64,000 nt of DNA, taken from positions 4,222 through 68,221 of the IMG/VR virus record IMGVR_UViG_3300022542_000792. One strand, 5' to 3'. Origin of the DNA: a virus. The translations under genes were made by a program, and so were the position numbers. Within the stretch, counting starts at the first letter, position 1, and each line of letters starts with the position of its first letter. Shown here one piece after another: positions 28,792 through 38,820 of the stretch. The notes below the pieces were generated by a model, which was given only the letters and a program-made list of their open reading frames with translations, ran no database searches and had not been told where the DNA came from.

Positions 28792-30711
28792 ATGTCTGTA
28801 GAAAATATTAGAGTCCCACCAGATAGTACAGGTAAACGTGTACACGTCCAACACAATATTGAACTTGTATATTCTTCAGGAACTATTGACTTTAAAGTTG
28901 GTGATGTAGTAGTTGGACAATCATCTGGTGCATCGGGCGTAGTTGCTCAAGTAGAAGGGACTACATCAGCAGGTGACCTCTATCTGGCTCATGTTGATTC
29001 GACGCCTGAAACTTTTACTGTTAGTGAAAACTTACAGGTTGCTACTGTAACATATGCGGTTGCTGATTCACAGACTGATTTCTATACACAGTATACTGTA
29101 AACGTTGGACAGAATAATCCTTTCAATGGACAATATGTTGATAACCAAGGTGCAGCATATATGCGGTTTGCTGAGGGTGCTCCTCAGTTCGATGCCTTTG
29201 GAAAAATGCAAGTTTCCAATGCAACAGTTCTTGGTGAATACATCAACACGTACGAAAGAGATGACAAAAACTGGTGGTATGAAGAAATAGAAGGTGGTTC
29301 ACCTGTAACAGGTAACGTTTCTGTTGAACACATTCCAAGCAATCAAGGAACATTGTTTAAAGTTGGAAGTGTTTCTGGAGATAAGGCTGCTGCAACTACT
29401 CACTTATATCACAAATATCAATTAGGTACTTCTCAACTTATCGAATTCACTATGATATGTGGTGATGTTGGAAAGACTAATCTTCGTCGCATGTGGGGAT
29501 ATGGCGATGCTCAAGATGGATTATTTTTCCGTTTAGAAGGCACAGCATTCCAAGTTTACATGAGAAGTTCAACTGTTGGTGACCATATTATTGAACAAGC
29601 TGATTTTAATTTTGATAGATTAGATGGAACTGGTCTCGCTGGAATTACCTTAGATGTAACAAAAGATAATATCTACTGGATAGACTTCCAGTGGTTGGGT
29701 GCAGGCCGTGTTCGTTTTGGTGTTATCATTGATGGTGTTCGTATCGTTGTTCACGAAATGTATCATGCAAACAAATATGCTCAACCTTACATACGAACTG
29801 GTTCACTTCCTGTTCATTATGAAATGTCAAATTTGGATACAACAATTTCTGGTTCAGAAATGAAAGTATGGTGTTCTGTTGTTAAGACAGAAGGTTCATG
29901 GGAACCAGATGTTAGAGAACATTTCCATCACATACGCGCAAATGAAAAAGTAGATGGTGGATTATATAAGAAACGTATCTTTAACTGGCATCCAGGACGA
30001 TCTTTATTTTCAGTTCGCTCTAAACTAACAGTTAATGGATTAACGAATAGAACAGTAGCGATACCTACACATATAGCGTTTAGTAATGAAGGAAATAGCC
30101 CTTTGTATATTCAAGCAAGACGTGGTGCACAATTATTGGGTACTCCTTCTTGGCAAGACTTCCATGTTGAATCCTCTTTGGAGTATAATGACCGAGGTGT
30201 TGAAATTGATATGGATAACCGAGGCGTTCAAACTGGTATGTGGGTTATTCCTCCAAATAGTACTGAGAATGTATCTCTTGAAAAAGTGTTTGGTTATCGT
30301 AAAGAACGTATCTTATTAAATGCAGATGGAATTACTCAAGATACATTTACGTATACATTTACGGCTTGGAATATGAATCCTATTCTTGGTGGAGCAGATG
30401 CAGGTACATTAACTTGTAATTTTGGTACATCTGGTAGCCCAGCTATTGCAACGATTACTAAAACTGTTGGTTTTGATTTTGATACGGAAGGATTTGTTGC
30501 TGGTCAAGGTTTGTATGTTCGTAACAGTCTTAATAATCAAAATGATGGATACTATATGATTGTAAATGTCACTTCTGATACCTTAACCGTCACAAAATTT
30601 GATGGAACTGCTGCTTCATTTGTAGCTGAAACGGGAACAGCTGGTGTGACACTACAAGCTGGAGATACTACAAAAGCATTTGGTTCTCTTAACATGGAAG
30701 AGATTTGGTAA
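28792..30711 (+). CDS. Putative virion protein with lectin-like beta-sandwich
   Basis: RVPPDSTGKR N-terminus; DAFGKMQVS and IYWIDFQWLGAGRVRFG motifs seen in phage structural proteins. Confidence 0.6.
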   Translation: MSVENIRVPPDSTGKRVHVQHNIELVYSSGTIDFKVGDVVVGQSSGASGVVAQVEGTTSAGDLYLAHVDSTPETFTVSENLQVATVTYAVADSQTDFYTQYTVNVGQNNPFNGQYVDNQGAAYMRFAEGAPQFDAFGKMQVSNATVLGEYINTYERDDKNWWYEEIEGGSPVTGNVSVEHIPSNQGTLFKVGSVSGDKAAATTHLYHKYQLGTSQLIEFTMICGDVGKTNLRRMWGYGDAQDGLFFRLEGTAFQVYMRSSTVGDHIIEQADFNFDRLDGTGLAGITLDVTKDNIYWIDFQWLGAGRVRFGVIIDGVRIVVHEMYHANKYAQPYIRTGSLPVHYEMSNLDTTISGSEMKVWCSVVKTEGSWEPDVREHFHHIRANEKVDGGLYKKRIFNWHPGRSLFSVRSKLTVNGLTNRTVAIPTHIAFSNEGNSPLYIQARRGAQLLGTPSWQDFHVESSLEYNDRGVEIDMDNRGVQTGMWVIPPNSTENVSLEKVFGYRKERILLNADGITQDTFTYTFTAWNMNPILGGADAGTLTCNFGTSGSPAIATITKTVGFDFDTEGFVAGQGLYVRNSLNNQNDGYYMIVNVTSDTLTVTKFDGTAASFVAETGTAGVTLQAGDTTKAFGSLNMEEIW

Positions 30712-30719
30712 TTTGACAG

Positions 30720-31559
30720 ATGCTTACTTTATTCTTTGGAAATTGGGAGTATTGGGAACTTAGCCACAAAGTTACATTTGATGGTGAGAATCGTATTATC
30801 ATTATCAATGATGAAGTAACTACTCTTGATATTAAAATAGATGTATACTCTGATTGGAAAGAGTGGGTAGACTTAGAAAATAATGGTAAGTACTTAGCAG
30901 CACTAAGAACAATCGGTGGAGATCCCACGATTGACATACAAACAGCTGGTGATATTTACTTCACTATTAATGGGTGGCGGGTTGCTGTTGATTTAACAAC
31001 AGCGAGAATCACTGGTACATTATTCAGTGATAATTATGAATCGGCTTGGATTGATAAAAATAGTTATGTCAATGATGGTTTAATTGTTCCTGTATTCCCC
31101 GCTCTTGCATCAAGTTTGGTTACTGGTATCGATTCTTCAAGTCTTCCTTCTTCCGCAAATACTGCTGAAGCAGTTCGTACAGAATTAACACCAGAATTAT
31201 CTCTTATAGATATTTCTATTTCATCACGTGCATCACAAACTTCTGTTGATAATATTCAAACTGATGTTACAACAATAGATGGAAAGGTTGATGCTATTGA
31301 TTTACTTGTCAATAATATCGACACAACTGTTACAAGCGTTGATGGTAAGGTTGATGCGATTCAACTTGACATAACCAATATTCTTACTGTTGTAGATGAT
31401 ATTATAAAATATCATGCAAATAGGACTTTCATTAACAAAAATAACCACACTTTAACTATATACGAATCTAATGGAACTACTCCATTTAAGGTATATGATC
31501 TTAAAGATGATCTTGGTGTTGCTTCTGTTACGAAGATATTTGAACGTCTTCCTCAATAA
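30720..31559 (+). CDS. Putative virion protein with coiled-coil repeat
   Basis: VYSDWKEW..RTIGGDP..YF..NGWR domain; heptad repeat VT(T/S)(I/V)DGKVDAI x2. Confidence 0.55.
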   Translation: MLTLFFGNWEYWELSHKVTFDGENRIIIINDEVTTLDIKIDVYSDWKEWVDLENNGKYLAALRTIGGDPTIDIQTAGDIYFTINGWRVAVDLTTARITGTLFSDNYESAWIDKNSYVNDGLIVPVFPALASSLVTGIDSSSLPSSANTAEAVRTELTPELSLIDISISSRASQTSVDNIQTDVTTIDGKVDAIDLLVNNIDTTVTSVDGKVDAIQLDITNILTVVDDIIKYHANRTFINKNNHTLTIYESNGTTPFKVYDLKDDLGVASVTKIFERLPQ

Positions 31560-31580
31560 TAATTTCACATAAATATTGCT

Positions 31581-32027
31581 ATGACTGACGTAGCACCTGG
31601 AATAATTACATTTGGTCTCGGTGGAGACCACTCCAATATGATAGTTGGAAATATATTCAATCTTGGATTTTTCGAGGTTGAAGTCATCGTTACGCCTCCT
31701 CCTACGGGTGGTCAAGGTGGTGGTTCAATCCCATTCCTTCCTGGACGAATCAAAGATTTTTATAGACCTGTTGATAACAAATGGCAAGTTCCGTACTTAT
31801 ATCCACGAGATAGAAGAGTTCCTGTAACAATACGGATAACTTTTATGGGCAAGACTATTGAGAAGAATTACAAAGTTCAACCGAAGCGCAGTGATATTAT
31901 CATCACAGTATTGAATATGATTAATACAATAAAAAGCCGCATTTCTGTAACAGTTAAGAACATTAGACGCGTTCCATCGCGGATTGTTGCGTATGTTAAA
32001 AACCTTCGCCACAAAGACGAAGAGTAA
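31581..32027 (+). CDS. Hypothetical protein
   Basis: ORF after ATAAATA motif. Confidence 0.55.
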   Translation: MTDVAPGIITFGLGGDHSNMIVGNIFNLGFFEVEVIVTPPPTGGQGGGSIPFLPGRIKDFYRPVDNKWQVPYLYPRDRRVPVTIRITFMGKTIEKNYKVQPKRSDIIITVLNMINTIKSRISVTVKNIRRVPSRIVAYVKNLRHKDEE

Positions 32028-32057
32028 TAAATATATAATACGTAAAAGGGGAAATAT

Positions 32058-32948
32058 ATGGAAAATGTTGTTTCAATAGTCAATACACGAGAGAATCCAC
32101 TTGAATTTGATATATCAATTCAGGGTGTAGTTGATAAAGATACATCTGTAAAATTTGTTATTGAGACAAATCCTGTTCATTTTAGCTTTCTTTGTCATAA
32201 GGGAGAAGGTGATAAATGGGTTGTTAATATTCCTCCACTTCCTCACATTGAGCGTGTATCATATCCCTTCCATATTGAAATTGTTGTTGATGGTTATTAC
32301 TTTGAGCCATATAGTGGCACATTAATTGTAACTGCTGAACCAGAAGTGAAAGCTACTGATGTCCATAAGACTCGTCCTGCTGCTCCAATCGTTGCTCCTG
32401 TTGTTAAAAATGTTGAAGTTCAAGAAGATGAAGAATCTATAACAGATGATGAATTCAAAAATCTTGCTGAAAAGATTATCAACAAACATAAAGAGAAGAA
32501 AGAAAAGAAAGCAGAAAAGCCTGAAAGGAAAACTGACCCAGCAAAAGAAAAGGCCATTAAAGAGGCTATTGAGCAATTTAAGAACACCCCATTAAAAGTA
32601 GAAAAGCCAAATGAAGTGATTGAGGAGTCTGGTGCCAAAAAAGCATATAGTATGGGGTTAGATGATGGAAAGAATTCAAGACCTAAAAAGAAAGCAGAAA
32701 AATCGTTTGGTGATTATGCCAATGAATATTACAAAGGGTATGAAGACGGAAAGGCTGCTGAAGAACATGAAGCTTGGAAAGAAAAAACTGCTGCAAAGAG
32801 AACTGGACGAGACTATCACGAATCAACTGATGAAGTTAAACCTCGTAAGTCTAATTTAGCTGGTGCTATTGAGAAGTTAGAAGAAGGTCCAGAATTATCA
32901 GAACAAGCAAAACGTGTTCGTGATATTGTTAATACCACAAAACATTAA
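32058..32948 (+). CDS. Hypothetical protein, beta-sandwich N-terminus and charged C-terminus
   Basis: ORF with AAGGGG SD and ATAAATA upstream. Confidence 0.6.
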   Translation: MENVVSIVNTRENPLEFDISIQGVVDKDTSVKFVIETNPVHFSFLCHKGEGDKWVVNIPPLPHIERVSYPFHIEIVVDGYYFEPYSGTLIVTAEPEVKATDVHKTRPAAPIVAPVVKNVEVQEDEESITDDEFKNLAEKIINKHKEKKEKKAEKPERKTDPAKEKAIKEAIEQFKNTPLKVEKPNEVIEESGAKKAYSMGLDDGKNSRPKKKAEKSFGDYANEYYKGYEDGKAAEEHEAWKEKTAAKRTGRDYHESTDEVKPRKSNLAGAIEKLEEGPELSEQAKRVRDIVNTTKH

Positions 32949-33523
32949 GAAGTAACCAATCCAGCTTGTCTTAAAGATTGAATAGTCTTAATCAAATGTT
33001 TGCATATGCCTGGAGTTCTATTAGGATTTGCTGGTGGACGTGTTTCAGTCTTACGTTGATAAGGTGGAGGTGGCTTTCCATACAAAGCACCTCTATCATC
33101 ATTCCAAACAGAAAATCTCCATCTAAAATCTAAACAATTACAAGTAACTTTACAGTTGCTTCTTGATAATGATATTGGTTGAATATTATAGTCATCTCCA
33201 TCAGCAGCAGTAAATGTTACATTTGTTCTTGTATCTTCATCTTCAAAAGTTGTATCAAGAAATAAAATCTTTGGGTCGTATGTTTTAGGACCACTCTTTG
33301 CCACAGCATCACAAATTAAATCACCAGTTGGACGAGCAGGAACTAATTTCATTTGAGTAATTTGAACTGGGTCTGTAGCGTGTTGACGTTTTGTAGTATT
33401 AGGAAATCCAGAAACTGTATCTCGCTCAAGGTCGGCAAGTGTAACTTCTTCCAAAGTTTCATCTTCTTCAGCCCATTGAAGTAATCTTGCACCACGTATA
33501 AATTTGAAGTTTTTTGTATCCAT
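32945..33523 (-). CDS. SWIM-type zinc-finger protein
   Basis: VTCNCLDF...ICKHL motif. Confidence 0.7.
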   Translation of the reverse strand: MDTKNFKFIRGARLLQWAEEDETLEEVTLADLERDTVSGFPNTTKRQHATDPVQITQMKLVPARPTGDLICDAVAKSGPKTYDPKILFLDTTFEDEDTRTNVTFTAADGDDYNIQPISLSRSNCKVTCNCLDFRWRFSVWNDDRGALYGKPPPPYQRKTETRPPANPNRTPGICKHLIKTIQSLRQAGLVTS

Positions 33524-33531
33524 ACGAGTGG

Positions 33532-33735
33532 TTAATTTCCTTCGGGTTTTCTTTTACTAAGAGCTTCTGACATATCTTCAAATGCATCAAGTGCTGACAT
33601 TTCATTCGTAGCAGGGCCAACTTTCAATACTTTTCCTACTGCATCCAAAAATCTAGACATGGCTTCTTCATAATCCCCTATCGATGCCTCATCTATTTGA
33701 ACGCCAGCTAATTCCATTAATCTTTCTTTATCCAC
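33532..33735 (-). CDS. Small putative internal head protein
   Basis: GTG start with GGAG SD, TATAAATA at 33758-33765; N-terminal RLMELAGV..IDEA. Confidence 0.55.
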   Translation of the reverse strand: MDKERLMELAGVQIDEASIGDYEEAMSRFLDAVGKVLKVGPATNEMSALDAFEDMSEALSKRKPEGN

Positions 33736-33769
33736 AATATTTCTCCAAGTTGTGGAGTATTTATAAGGT

Positions 33770-33789
33770 AACTGCCCCGAAGGGCAGTT
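33770..33789 (-). terminator. Intrinsic terminator ending HD-enzyme operon
   Basis: aactgccc-cgaa-gggcagtt (reads UUCG loop on - strand). Confidence 0.7.
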
Positions 33790-33791
33790 AA

Positions 33792-34928
33792 TTAGAGGTT
33801 AGAAGGAGTGACAAGAATTCCGTCAAAATCACCATATGATGGCAACTGTAATCCCATATACATACGTTCTATGGCGTAAACAGGGACAGTCTTGTCAGGA
33901 CGAGAAGTTTGACGGTCAATTAATTCTTGCAATTCAATTGGGAATACAATTGCTTGAATGTAATAACCACGTTTGCGAGCCTCTGTAATATAGAATCTAC
34001 GGCGCTTTGCAGATGTGTTTGTGTTATCAACATACAAGTCATTGCCAGTTTTAATCATCTCCATATAACGAGCGTTTGCTTTTGAGTTGAATGTATTATC
34101 ACCACAAGCACGTTCAAACGCTTTGCTGTATGCTTCTCTGAGAGAATATTCTCCATCTTCTTCTGCGTCAATGTACCATTCCAATCGCAAATCATCCAAA
34201 GAGAAAACTGGAAGGTTTGGCAAAGAGTTCCGGAATGTAGATTTCCCTGTTCCTGCTGCTCCAATCGGTACATACAAGATTGGTTGGTCATCAGCAGCTC
34301 GTTCAGGAGACGACTCACATTCATCCATTAACGAAAAGAATTCTACAATCCATTGGTTGACTTTTGCTTTCTTTTCAGAACCATCATCAGAAATTCGTCC
34401 CCAAGTATCAGCAAGAAGCAAATCAACGAATGCAAGTTTCAACCCCGTATCGTGAAGAGTCTGAGCGATTGCTTTACGCTTCTCAATTCTTTTAACTCCC
34501 CAAGGCAAATGATGTTCAATCATCCAACCAACGTGGTAGATATCCTCTACAACAAGTCCAAATTCCATCAACCGTACCCATTCACGAACAGCAAAGTCTT
34601 CCCACATACGAGCGGAGAGAATTTCGTGTCCGCCAAAAGAAAGGTAGTTACCTCTTTCTGGTTTGAATTTGATACCATTCTTTTTACAAGCGGCAGGTTT
34701 GCCAACATCATGAAAAGCACAAGCTAACGCTCCAAGCAAAGTTGGAGTATCCCACATATTGTGATTACGGCCAAGATATTGAGCCACAACCATATCCGTA
34801 TGAATACCAACATTCGCTTCTCTGTGCCAAGGTGAACCCTCAACGGTTTCGACCATAGACTGATATAAATCAGTTAGGTGAAACTCATTGAAGTACCAAG
34901 TTGTAAATTCTGTTCGTAAATCTAACAT
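33792..34928 (-). CDS. HD-domain phosphohydrolase fused to P-loop (polynucleotide kinase-like) domain
   Basis: WHRE..HT, FHDVGKP, GHE..SA, ADTWGR; then IGAAGTGKST, SLDDLR and VDNTN. Confidence 0.85.
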   Translation of the reverse strand: MLDLRTEFTTWYFNEFHLTDLYQSMVETVEGSPWHREANVGIHTDMVVAQYLGRNHNMWDTPTLLGALACAFHDVGKPAACKKNGIKFKPERGNYLSFGGHEILSARMWEDFAVREWVRLMEFGLVVEDIYHVGWMIEHHLPWGVKRIEKRKAIAQTLHDTGLKLAFVDLLLADTWGRISDDGSEKKAKVNQWIVEFFSLMDECESSPERAADDQPILYVPIGAAGTGKSTFRNSLPNLPVFSLDDLRLEWYIDAEEDGEYSLREAYSKAFERACGDNTFNSKANARYMEMIKTGNDLYVDNTNTSAKRRRFYITEARKRGYYIQAIVFPIELQELIDRQTSRPDKTVPVYAIERMYMGLQLPSYGDFDGILVTPSNL

Positions 34929-35359
34929 TCATATAATCCTCTTAAATACTCAACAGCGCGAAGATATTTTTCTAAGCGGTCAAAATCTTTCTTACGCAGT
35001 CCTTTCATTCTGGTAACTTTACAGTTGTGTTCCAAGTCTCGTAACTTAATCAGCGTAGCGATTCTGTTCACAGAGATTCGCTTAATATAATCTTCATATG
35101 CTTCACCATTACGGTGAGTCAAACAATCAATGATTGTAATAACTTCTTCTGAAAATCTTTCTACTCTTAAATCATCGAATGTCCATTTAGTGTCTTCAAT
35201 TAAGTCATGAAGCACTGCTGCAATCATTGCAATGACACTAACATGACGCACCTTGTTCATTACATATAAACAATGTAATATATAAGGTTTTCCACCTTTA
35301 TCAAATTTACCTTCAAACTCAACTGCTGCGATTGCAATTGCTCTGTCTAATCCTGCCAT
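34922..35359 (-). CDS. Stand-alone HD hydrolase, SpoT/Mesh1 (p)ppGpp hydrolase-like
   Basis: DKGGKPYILH, AAVLHDLIEDT and IKLRDLEHN motifs. Confidence 0.8.
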   Translation of the reverse strand: MAGLDRAIAIAAVEFEGKFDKGGKPYILHCLYVMNKVRHVSVIAMIAAVLHDLIEDTKWTFDDLRVERFSEEVITIIDCLTHRNGEAYEDYIKRISVNRIATLIKLRDLEHNCKVTRMKGLRKKDFDRLEKYLRAVEYLRGLYEC

Positions 35360-35572
35360 TTAATTATCCACCATAACTTTTATTGGAGTTTCAGCTACCA
35401 TATACCAATCTGGAGTGTAAGATAAGTTATTATCTTTATTGAAATCTGTTACAAACGTATTTGCAGATTCTTCATCATCAAAGAACTTTATTTCATCTAC
35501 TTTTTGTCCCCAACCTCTTTCACTTTCAATTATGTTGACTTTCCAACGATATTTTGCCATCAGTCTCTCCAT
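35360..35572 (-). CDS. Small hypothetical protein
   Basis: IIESERGWGQKVD..PDWY; operon position. Confidence 0.6.
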   Translation of the reverse strand: MERLMAKYRWKVNIIESERGWGQKVDEIKFFDDEESANTFVTDFNKDNNLSYTPDWYMVAETPIKVMVDN

Positions 35573-35805
35573 TCTGGTAATGGGCCAAATAATGATTCGG
35601 CCATTGTTTGTGGAATCTTACTACCCCACTGTGCAATATGTTCAGCATCAGTTTGTTCATTAATGCCTTGACCAACACCAATATAGGCTTTAACATAATG
35701 CATTGTCATATCTTCACACAATACCACACCAATAGTATCTTTCCCACTAAACCAGTGAACATCCACCAGTTTTAGATTAGTGTTTGGAATAAGTATTAAT
35801 TGCAT
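35560..35805 (-). CDS. Small hypothetical protein
   Basis: AAAGGAG SD; first gene after promoter. Confidence 0.6.
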   Translation of the reverse strand: MQLILIPNTNLKLVDVHWFSGKDTIGVVLCEDMTMHYVKAYIGVGQGINEQTDAEHIAQWGSKIPQTMAESLFGPLPEWRD

Positions 35806-35827
35806 AATTATCTCCTTTCTACGCTTT

Positions 35828-35856
35828 ATTATACCCTATATTGGGAGGGTTTTCAA
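35828..35856 (-). promoter_or_regulatory. sigma70-type early promoter
   Basis: TTGAAA-17 nt-TATAAT. Confidence 0.7.
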
Positions 35857-35886
35857 CAGGAGATTTAGGGGTGTTAAATCAAGGAG

Positions 35887-37476
35887 TTAGAACGACATTG
35901 GGACTGGTTCATCATCTTCATCATAATTATCATTTCCATTATCTTTGAACCAATCATCATCTTCTATGGAATATAGCTTATCATGAGCTGCTTGTTCATA
36001 CGTTGCAATTTCTTCTAACAATCTAATAACAACAAGAACTGCTGATATACAATCATCTGTACTGCCACGTTGAGCAGAATACGAACCAGCCTTACGGGTA
36101 AATGTTTTAAGTTCTTGAAGAAGAATTCCAGACTTGATTCCAAGGTTTCCTTTTTCTAACATTTCTTTTAAGTTAAGACAAGCACGCATTTTAGATTTTT
36201 GAGTAGTTGTCATTCCTCTACGCTTAGCACCTTCTTCAGAAATAAATTCAGACATTATTGGAGGAGAATCATCTGCTTCATATAAAGAAATAATTCCTTC
36301 ACCAACACCGTTATTTTCTACAGAGAAATAAATTGTGCAGTTTTTCTTTTCAAGGTATCGTAATACATTTTTAAGTACTTGATACATTTGTGGTGATGAC
36401 ATAGAGTTTGAACGATACTCTGCAACTTGTTCCATACTTGGGAATTCAAATACTTCAATGACACTAAAATCTTCTCCAGTTCCAGTAGCAGGGTCAACTC
36501 CAACCAAATACGTTCCTTCGTGAACAATTTCTTTATAAAATTTTACCTCACGAATTTCAAACTCTGGTTTAATTTTTCCAATGATAGGGGTAAGTTGACT
36601 TAGAATCAAAGAGTTAATCAATAACGCATCAGAGGATAAGAACTCACATTCGTATTCCTGACTCCACTTTTGTTCACCAATAAGAGCAATTTGTTGTTTT
36701 TTAAATCGCTCTTGGTTGGGACGAGGTAATGCATCCCACCGAATATGCATAGGTGTAAATGTTAAGTTTTCTACATTACCATCTTCATCTTCAAATTCCA
36801 TTCCTTTACCAACTTTAGCAGCACGCCAAAGTGTTGCAAATAAATCAGCATCACCATTTGGTGTAGAGGACATAATACAGCTACCACCAGTTGATAACGT
36901 AGGTAAGATAGAAGTCCAGAACTCATTCTGAATGTTTGGTTTAACGAATGCAAATTCATCCAAGTATAATAATGAAAGAGATTCACCACGACCAGAATCT
37001 TCTGATGTTGCAGTTGAATCAATTTTGGAATCATTATCAAACGACACGCTATGTTTGTTCCAACCATCATCTGTAACACCAGGTTTTAACCACATAGGTA
37101 AGTTTTCATATGCATAACGGATACGACGAATCATTTCCATAGCACCTTTATTTTTATTAGATGCTATAAGAATGTTTTTATCAAAGTGAAATATTGCAAA
37201 CCATAAAAGATAGATTGCTGAGGTAATTGATTTACCAGTTTGGCGAGCAGATAGTATAATGTTATAACGGTTATCTTGAAATGCTTGCATCATTTCAACC
37301 TGATAATCATATAACGTAAATGAAATAGCACCACGAGTTGGATGCTGAATTTTTACATACTTTCTTGTGAAATATATAGGGTCAGTTGCACATCGTTTAA
37401 GTTCAAGAACTTGCTCAGGAGTATACTCAGTCTCCTGCCCTGCTTTCTTTATCTTATCATTTCTTCTTCCAGCCAT
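35887..37476 (-). CDS. terL: Terminase large subunit (T4 gp17-like)
   Basis: YDYQ, SARQTGKS, LYLDEFAFV, SSTPNG, QEYECEF, GVDPATG and DDC motifs. Confidence 0.95.
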   Translation of the reverse strand: MAGRRNDKIKKAGQETEYTPEQVLELKRCATDPIYFTRKYVKIQHPTRGAISFTLYDYQVEMMQAFQDNRYNIILSARQTGKSITSAIYLLWFAIFHFDKNILIASNKNKGAMEMIRRIRYAYENLPMWLKPGVTDDGWNKHSVSFDNDSKIDSTATSEDSGRGESLSLLYLDEFAFVKPNIQNEFWTSILPTLSTGGSCIMSSTPNGDADLFATLWRAAKVGKGMEFEDEDGNVENLTFTPMHIRWDALPRPNQERFKKQQIALIGEQKWSQEYECEFLSSDALLINSLILSQLTPIIGKIKPEFEIREVKFYKEIVHEGTYLVGVDPATGTGEDFSVIEVFEFPSMEQVAEYRSNSMSSPQMYQVLKNVLRYLEKKNCTIYFSVENNGVGEGIISLYEADDSPPIMSEFISEEGAKRRGMTTTQKSKMRACLNLKEMLEKGNLGIKSGILLQELKTFTRKAGSYSAQRGSTDDCISAVLVVIRLLEEIATYEQAAHDKLYSIEDDDWFKDNGNDNYDEDDEPVPMSF

Positions 37477-37511
37477 AATTATATTTACGGTGGAAAATTA
37501 AAGGGTTACCT

Positions 37512-38369
37512 TTATTTTATGGTAGCACCTTTAACTTTATTCAACCCTTCGCCACGAAGCACAGCCATTACATCCATAGATGTTGGTTTAGCTCCCTTCT
37601 TAGAAAGATGACGAACTTGAACACGTACTTCCAATGAGCCAGCAAATGCAGCAGGAATTTCAGGAATAGTTTCTACTCCTAACACTTCATATAATTCTTT
37701 CTCAACTGCTTTTGATAATTTTTTACCATGAGGAATGATATACGCTTCACTTCCTAAGATAAACAACATTAAATTATCTCCACCCGCCTTCTTCTTAAAT
37801 TTATTTTTGTAGTGGTCAACAATCATAGTACCTATTCGTTTATCTTTAATTGCCGGACTTGATAATTGGAAATTATTACCTGTACCACCGAATTCTTTTT
37901 TCGCTAATTTAACAAATTTAAGTGTTTGTTTATATCGTTTGTCTTTTTCTTTAATTACAGAAAGTGAACCAGATTTTATTTCTTTGACATCTTTACTAAA
38001 ATGTTGCTTGAGTAAAGAAAGCATTTTCGTCGCTCGTTTCTTTACATCTTTACTTCCATTGAGTACATCTAAAATTAAAAGTTGATTATCTGTAACATCG
38101 CCAATTGCATCAAATTTTCCACGTTTGTATTCCCACTTACGAAGCGATCCCATTGGGTCTCTTTTGCTCATCTTTGCTTCAATGTGAAGGAAGACTTGCT
38201 TGCCGCTTGGTAGTGTAATAGAAGCACCAATATCTGGCCAGCCAGCATCTGCACCTTTTGGCTCAGCCCAAATTTTAAAACCCTTTTTCTTCAACATTTT
38301 GGCAATGCCATCTTCGTGTGCATCTGATGCTGGAGTTTCAAGTATCATTTTAAGTTCATTCAGTTTCAT
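37512..38369 (-). CDS. Putative PD-(D/E)XK nuclease
   Basis: HE..IAK.L, GWPDI..HIEAK catalytic spacing; very basic. Confidence 0.6.
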   Translation of the reverse strand: MKLNELKMILETPASDAHEDGIAKMLKKKGFKIWAEPKGADAGWPDIGASITLPSGKQVFLHIEAKMSKRDPMGSLRKWEYKRGKFDAIGDVTDNQLLILDVLNGSKDVKKRATKMLSLLKQHFSKDVKEIKSGSLSVIKEKDKRYKQTLKFVKLAKKEFGGTGNNFQLSSPAIKDKRIGTMIVDHYKNKFKKKAGGDNLMLFILGSEAYIIPHGKKLSKAVEKELYEVLGVETIPEIPAAFAGSLEVRVQVRHLSKKGAKPTSMDVMAVLRGEGLNKVKGATIK

Positions 38370-38820
38370 TTGTAATATCCTTCATTTCGCTACCATTTAA
38401 AATATTTTTGAGTAATTCATTCCTATCAATGATAATGTTATTATTAACTGTTTTTGGTCCACCACCATTCTGCTTTGTAGCTTCCAATTTATCTTTGTGT
38501 TGTTTTAATCCACCCTTTTCTTTGGCAGCATTGAGCGCAGCGTTTAAAAATTGGACTGCTACTTCTGCATTACGTGCAGCATACTTTCCTTCAACTGTAT
38601 CAACTATATCAGATTGTGCGTCAAAAGCATCCATAGCTTTGTCATATACTGTCTGATACTGTCCTTCTATCTCATCGTCCTTTTCATCATACTCTTGATG
38701 GTCAGATAATTCAGTTGGAAGAGACTCTGTATATTCAACAATTGTGCTATTAGCTTCAATACCAAATACTTCTTCCATTGGATGGGATATAGTTTTCTCT
38801 TTTGTAATTTTTTCACTCAT
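38356..38820 (-). CDS. Probable terminase small subunit
   Basis: Helical core RNAEVAVQFLNAAL, TVNNNIIIDRNELLK tail; position near terL. Confidence 0.6.
   Translation of the reverse strand: MSEKITKEKTISHPMEEVFGIEANSTIVEYTESLPTELSDHQEYDEKDDEIEGQYQTVYDKAMDAFDAQSDIVDTVEGKYAARNAEVAVQFLNAALNAAKEKGGLKQHKDKLEATKQNGGGPKTVNNNIIIDRNELLKNILNGSEMKDITNETE

Noticed and set aside
34105-34130. Internal KAFERAC in the HD-kinase (and YEEAMS in 33532-33735) resembling the FERAMK tag
   Set aside because: Internal rather than C-terminal and only partial matches; probably chance.
34825-34845. EGSP in the HD enzyme and PGSP in the tape measure
   Set aside because: Preceding residue is outside the G/S/A/T/V pattern, and the HD instance is part of the SPWHxE family motif; not counted among the 27.
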